The notes under the pieces are model-generated. The model had not been told where the DNA came from. It was given only the letters and a program-made list of their open reading frames with translations, and did not search any database. From Nitrospirota bacterium (GTDB lineage Bacteria; Nitrospirota; UBA9217), in contig CAWJQQ010000003.1 in assembly GCA_963845065.1 (NCBI GenBank), positions 96,001 to 160,000 of the forward strand: DNA of 64,000 bases. The letters are read 5' to 3'. Below, in pieces: positions 59,634 to 64,000 of the stretch (its first letter is position 1; each line of letters begins with the position of its first letter). The position numbers were made by a program, and so were the translations under genes.

Positions 59634-60866
59634 TTGCCCAAATATGATTTAACTGTTGCGGGAGCGGGACTCGGTGGACTTACTATTGCGGCGTTGATGA
59701 GCAGAAGCGGGAAAAAAGTCATCGTGCTTGAGTCAAGCGCCTCTCTCGATGCAGCGCTGGGGGTACGAGAATTCGATGGATTCCATTTTTTTCAGGGCCC
59801 CACACTTTCTTACGGATTTGAGCAAGGGGGAGTTTTCTTTGAGATTTTTGCGGAACTTGGCAACGCACCCGAGGTTCTGAAACATGTCAACCGTTTTCAA
59901 ATAGCGCTCCCCGACAGGAGGATAACCGTTTCCGCGGATAAAGAGGAGACTCATGGCGAGCTGAAGAGAGAATTCCCTAGGGAAATACAAGCGATTGAGA
60001 AATTTTACAATGACATAAATATTGAATCGGCACGTATTATGAAAAGCAAGATTGCCACATACTTCGCAAAACGCAAATCAGTAGCCGGTTTTATCGGCAA
60101 GTATCATTTCAGTAGGGAATTCACCATTTTTCTTGACATGCAGTCACGTTTTTTCTTTCGCAAACCGCTATCACAATTATCACTTACAAAACTCATAACC
60201 CTGTGCGAAACTATGCCAACCAGGTTTCACGGTGGGACTAGAGCGCTTGCTGATCGTGTGCTGGCTGAGCTCCGGAAAAGCGGAGGAGACATAGCGTTCG
60301 GCGAGGGAACCGCTGAGCTAGCGTTCAATAACAGTCGACCTGTTGGTGTAAAAACAGATCAGCGTATGATCGAAGCAAACTCTATTCTGTTTGATGCTCC
60401 ACATCAGCCGCCGACATATTTTCTCGGAATTCTTGATGATGTCGTTCCCGTGGGTATGGAACAGGATGTTTTATATCTGCCTGATTACACCAGATCGGAT
60501 GAATTTCTTTTCATTTCAACCAGCGCTGATAATGATATATCATCAGCGCCGATGAGCGCACGGGCGCTTACGGTTTCGTTGCGATCTTCAATTAACAGGC
60601 AACGCGATCAAGATGATCTCATCGGTCCGCTTGCAGAAATCATCCCTTTTTTGGATGAGAATGTCTTTTTTATTGAACCGTCGCCGGTTATTACTACGTC
60701 TTTTAAACTGTCCGAAGATGTTACTTTCAAACCAATTTGGTCTTCAGACGTGCCGCCTCTTTTATTTAAAACATCAAAACGTCACATCTTTATGCTTCAT
60801 GATTCACTGTACATGCCGTTGGAACTCATGACGGCGGTGCGTAAATTCGTAGCAACTATATTGTGA
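59634..60866 (+). CDS. FAD/NAD(P)-binding oxidoreductase, phytoene-desaturase-like, divergent
   Basis: Rossmann motif VAGAGLGG...VIVLE; 'ELKREFPRE'; 'GGTRALAD'; RBS GGGAGG with TTG start. Confidence 0.7.
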   Translation: MPKYDLTVAGAGLGGLTIAALMSRSGKKVIVLESSASLDAALGVREFDGFHFFQGPTLSYGFEQGGVFFEIFAELGNAPEVLKHVNRFQIALPDRRITVSADKEETHGELKREFPREIQAIEKFYNDINIESARIMKSKIATYFAKRKSVAGFIGKYHFSREFTIFLDMQSRFFFRKPLSQLSLTKLITLCETMPTRFHGGTRALADRVLAELRKSGGDIAFGEGTAELAFNNSRPVGVKTDQRMIEANSILFDAPHQPPTYFLGILDDVVPVGMEQDVLYLPDYTRSDEFLFISTSADNDISSAPMSARALTVSLRSSINRQRDQDDLIGPLAEIIPFLDENVFFIEPSPVITTSFKLSEDVTFKPIWSSDVPPLLFKTSKRHIFMLHDSLYMPLELMTAVRKFVATIL

Positions 60867-61200
60867 TGTCGAAGTTTTCGTCAACGGTCTCGATTTAATT
60901 ATACCTAGTCACCAAGACAAGGCGTGTATAAAAAATAAATATAAATGTGTCGCCATATAATTATCAAATCAATGTGGATCTTCCAAAAAGACAGAGTTAA
61001 ACAAATTGAAATTCATTTGAGCATTGATCATGCAACATTATTGCATAGTCACAATTTAGCGGCTAGCAATGTCCGTAGGCGTTGGGGCACCGAGTTGAAT
61101 AACATTATTAGGCAGTGGATTTTCAAATAAGTACAAGTTGGTGGGTAGGTGAAATTACCGGGGCACTGGTTCTATTCCATGAAAAGAAGAGTAACACGTA

Positions 61201-63642
61201 TTACACTTTTGCAAGGACAGTTGTTTCCTCTTCTTGGAACTCCACTACGCCATTCTTGAGTATTACCGTCACCCTATGAACATCCTTGAATCTTCCTCTG
61301 AGGATATCTTCAGAAAGAGGATCAGCGAGAAATTTCTGTATTGCCCGGCGCATGGGTCTGGCACCATAGGTAGGCTGGAAGTTCTCCCGGATAAGCCATT
61401 CCTTTACGTCCTGGGTCACGGTAAGATGGATGCTTCGGTCATTAATGATTTGAGCATTCAGCTCGGCGACGAGCATATCGACGATTTGCATGAGATGGTC
61501 GTTTGTCAGAGGATGGAATACGACTACTTCATCAATCCTGTTTAAAAATTCGGGGTTAAAAGACCTCTTCAACTCAGAGATTACATTTTCCTTCATTTTA
61601 TCATATTGTGTTTTAGAGTTGTCCTGCTGAAATCCGAGCGTAGTGTCTTTATCGATCATTCTGGCTCCCAAGTTTGACGTCATGATAATGACGGTATTCC
61701 GGAAGTCAACTTTTCTGCCAAAACTGTCTGTCATATATCCGTCATCGAGCACCTGGAGCAGCATATTGAAAATGTCGGGGTGTGCCTTCTCGATTTCGTC
61801 AAAAAGAACCACGGAATAGGGCCTCCGCCGAATCTTTTCTGTCAACTGGCCGCCATCATCATATCCAACATAACCAGGAGGAGAGCCGACGAGTCGTGAA
61901 GAACTGAACTTTTCCATATACTCAGACATGTCCACGCGGATGAGCGCATCTTCGCTGTCAAAGAGGAAGGATGCAAGAGAGCGCGCCAATTCGGTTTTAC
62001 CCACACCGGTTGGCCCAAGGAAGATGAATGAACCGATGGGCTGTTTGCGTGTCTTGAGTCCCACGCGGGAGCGACGAATAGCCCGCGACACAGCATCGAT
62101 GGCAGTATCTTGGCCGACAACCCTCTTATGCAAATCCTCTTCCATGCGAAGCAGCCGTGCAGCCTCCTGTTCCTCGAGTCGCGCAAGTGGAATACCGGTA
62201 ATGTGGGAAACGACCACTGCCACTTCTTCTTCTCCAACCACGGGGACGTTTTTTTCCTGATTGTCCTTCCAATCCTTGTGAATGCCATCTAGGGTTTCGC
62301 GCAGCCGATCTTCTTCTTCATGGATTGATTCGACGCGAACATAATCCTTGATGCGCGAGAATAGGTTCTTTTCTTGTTCAAGCTTCTTTAGTTTTTTCTC
62401 AATGGACTTCATTTCTGTTGGATAAGTATACCGATTGAGCTTTGCTTTGGCACCAGCCTCATCGATCACATCGATTGCCTTATCAGGGAGGAATCTGTCA
62501 GTTATGTAGCGATCAGAAAGACGCGACGCTGCTACGACAGCTTCATCGGTGATCTTGATCTTGTGGTGAGATTCGTATTTCGGCCGGAGGCCTTTAATGA
62601 TATTGATTGTCTCGTCCAGGCTCGGCGGCTGCACATAGATCGGCTGAAAACGCCGCTTGAGTGCTCCGTCCTTTTCAATATGTTTTCTAAACTCATCGAG
62701 CGTCGTGGCGCCGATACACTGGATTTCCCCTCGTGCCAAGGCTGGTTTTAACATGCTCGATGCATCTATCGATCCTTCTGCTGCCCCTGCGCCCACCAGC
62801 GTATGAAGCTCATCGATGAATAGGATGATATTGTCAGCTTGAACGATCTCCTTCATTACAATCTTGAGACGCTCTTCGAACTGACCACGATATTTTGTAC
62901 CCGCGATCAGCGATCCCAAATCGAGGGATACGACTCGCCGATTCATGATGTTCTCGGGTACGTCTCCATTAATAATCCTTTGCGCGAGGCCCTCGACAAT
63001 AGCGGTTTTCCCGATGCCGGGTTCACCGATGATGACAGGGTTGTTTTTTGTTCTGCGGGAGAGAATCTGCAGGACACGGTCTATCTCGTTTTCCCGACCG
63101 ATGACCGGATCCAGCTTTCCGCTCTTAGCCAGTTGTGTGAGGTCCCTGCTAAACTCATCAAGGGCTGGTGTGGGGCTCTTCTTTGCGCTCACCTGGGTGG
63201 CTGCTCTACGAAGATAATTGATCACCAGCTGGCGGGAGCCGAGCAGGTTTACGCCGAAACTGCGAAGGATTTTGCCACCGATCCCTTCTTCTTCACGGAT
63301 AAGGCCGAGGAGAAGGTGTTCACTTCCGATATAATTGTGCCCTAAGAGTCGTGCTTCCTCGACCGCATATTCAAGAACTTTTTTTGCGCGTGGAGTAAAG
63401 GGGATATCGCCGAACGTGAGTGTGTTCCCACTAGAGGGAAGATTCCTTTCGACCTCCATGCGAATCTGATCTACATCGATGCCCATTTTCCTCAATACGG
63501 CGACTGGGATGCCATCCTCTTCGCGAAGCGTTCCTAACAGGATGTGTTCCGTGCCCAGATAATCGTTTTGAAGACGCTCAGCCTCTTCGCGAGCATAAAC
63601 GATAACTTTTCTACCCCGTTCTGTGAATTTTTCGAACATCAT
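61201..63642 (-). CDS. clpC: ATP-dependent Clp protease ATP-binding subunit ClpC
   Basis: [12 protein letters not shown], double Clp-N repeat, GEPGIGKT, short coiled-coil middle domain, [12 protein letters not shown] ClpP-binding loop. Confidence 0.93.
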   Translation of the reverse strand: MMFEKFTERGRKVIVYAREEAERLQNDYLGTEHILLGTLREEDGIPVAVLRKMGIDVDQIRMEVERNLPSSGNTLTFGDIPFTPRAKKVLEYAVEEARLLGHNYIGSEHLLLGLIREEEGIGGKILRSFGVNLLGSRQLVINYLRRAATQVSAKKSPTPALDEFSRDLTQLAKSGKLDPVIGRENEIDRVLQILSRRTKNNPVIIGEPGIGKTAIVEGLAQRIINGDVPENIMNRRVVSLDLGSLIAGTKYRGQFEERLKIVMKEIVQADNIILFIDELHTLVGAGAAEGSIDASSMLKPALARGEIQCIGATTLDEFRKHIEKDGALKRRFQPIYVQPPSLDETINIIKGLRPKYESHHKIKITDEAVVAASRLSDRYITDRFLPDKAIDVIDEAGAKAKLNRYTYPTEMKSIEKKLKKLEQEKNLFSRIKDYVRVESIHEEEDRLRETLDGIHKDWKDNQEKNVPVVGEEEVAVVVSHITGIPLARLEEQEAARLLRMEEDLHKRVVGQDTAIDAVSRAIRRSRVGLKTRKQPIGSFIFLGPTGVGKTELARSLASFLFDSEDALIRVDMSEYMEKFSSSRLVGSPPGYVGYDDGGQLTEKIRRRPYSVVLFDEIEKAHPDIFNMLLQVLDDGYMTDSFGRKVDFRNTVIIMTSNLGARMIDKDTTLGFQQDNSKTQYDKMKENVISELKRSFNPEFLNRIDEVVVFHPLTNDHLMQIVDMLVAELNAQIINDRSIHLTVTQDVKEWLIRENFQPTYGARPMRRAIQKFLADPLSEDILRGRFKDVHRVTVILKNGVVEFQEEETTVLAKV

Positions 63643-63930
63643 ATCGTAGTAACCGCCTTCAAACATTCTCAGAAAACTCGTTAACCCTTGTTGAATAAAA
63701 TATACTCCAATCTGTATGATAAAGTCAAGATACATTTGTACTTCTGATGCATAGCAATCCTTAAGAAAAGCGTCCTTCTTTGACAGCATAGTAATGGACG
63801 AAATGTCCTCCCTCGGAGTTGCTAAAAAAACATAACCTTGCCGTAAAGTCGGGTATTATAGCGCCATCCTGCGTTCTTGAATGAGCGCTTTTCTGTTGAC
63901 ATTGACCTGGTAACATTGTAGTTTCTCACT

Positions 63931-64000
63931 ATGATACGCAAAGCGATGCTGGTAGATGTAAAAGACATCCAATCAATCATTAATCAGTGTGCTGATACGG
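63931..64000 (+). CDS. GNAT N-acetyltransferase (short ArgA-like), 3' partial
   Basis: MIRKAMLVDVKDIQSIINQCADT runs off the window; typical GNAT start. Confidence 0.6.
   Translation, partial: MIRKAMLVDVKDIQSIINQCADT

Noticed and set aside
61030..61046. ATGCAA-N5-TTGCAT palindrome as a regulator box
   Set aside because: Lies between convergent gene ends with no promoter to control.
21922..63642. Many short antisense or alternate-frame ORFs over core genes (e.g. 52732-53508, 49181-49795, 32606-33235)
   Set aside because: Shadows of well-supported genes, with no motifs or RBS of their own.
63643..63789. 49-aa N-terminal extension of ClpC in the ORF track
   Set aside because: ClpC similarity starts at M(M)FEKFTER, with an SD-like GAAGGCGG just upstream.

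Overview
The window has two parts. (1) About 1-21,800 is a decaying accessory region. It holds a phosphoketolase pseudogene, a ZnuACB-type metal ABC importer, a tnpB-only IS200/IS605 element, SulP, USP and an internally deleted IS1182. It also holds a minus-strand cluster (PCuAC, NosL, small protein, ABC permease, ABC ATPase, Cys/His-rich membrane protein) lying downstream of an SbtA-type RiPP precursor and its truncated SbtM-type radical SAM maturase. The precursor has an in-frame UGA followed by a SECIS-like hairpin, so it is probably a selenopeptide that the ORF track cuts short. MarR plus a beta-lactamase-fold protein and several gene remnants complete this part. Two 47-bp 'solo-hairpin' derivatives of the IS200/IS605 element occur, both after the TTTAT target motif, and one has the IS1182 inserted in its loop. 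(2) About 21,900-64,000 is core genome: pgsA, HTH, DUF512, aroE, pilB-pilT-pilC-pilS-pilR, UbiD/MqnL, CNNM, purC, lysS, lolC/E, lolD (probable ATA start), ccsA-hemA-hemC-cobA/hemD-HesB-hemB, rimP-nusA-ylxR/L7Ae-infB-DUF503-rbfA-nrnA-truB-rpsO-pnp, an FAD oxidoreductase, clpC and the start of a GNAT. Gene content and order suggest an anaerobic Nitrospirota or Desulfobacterota-like diderm (inference only). No rRNA, tRNA or CRISPR array was seen. All family assignments come from motif recognition by eye, not from database searches.
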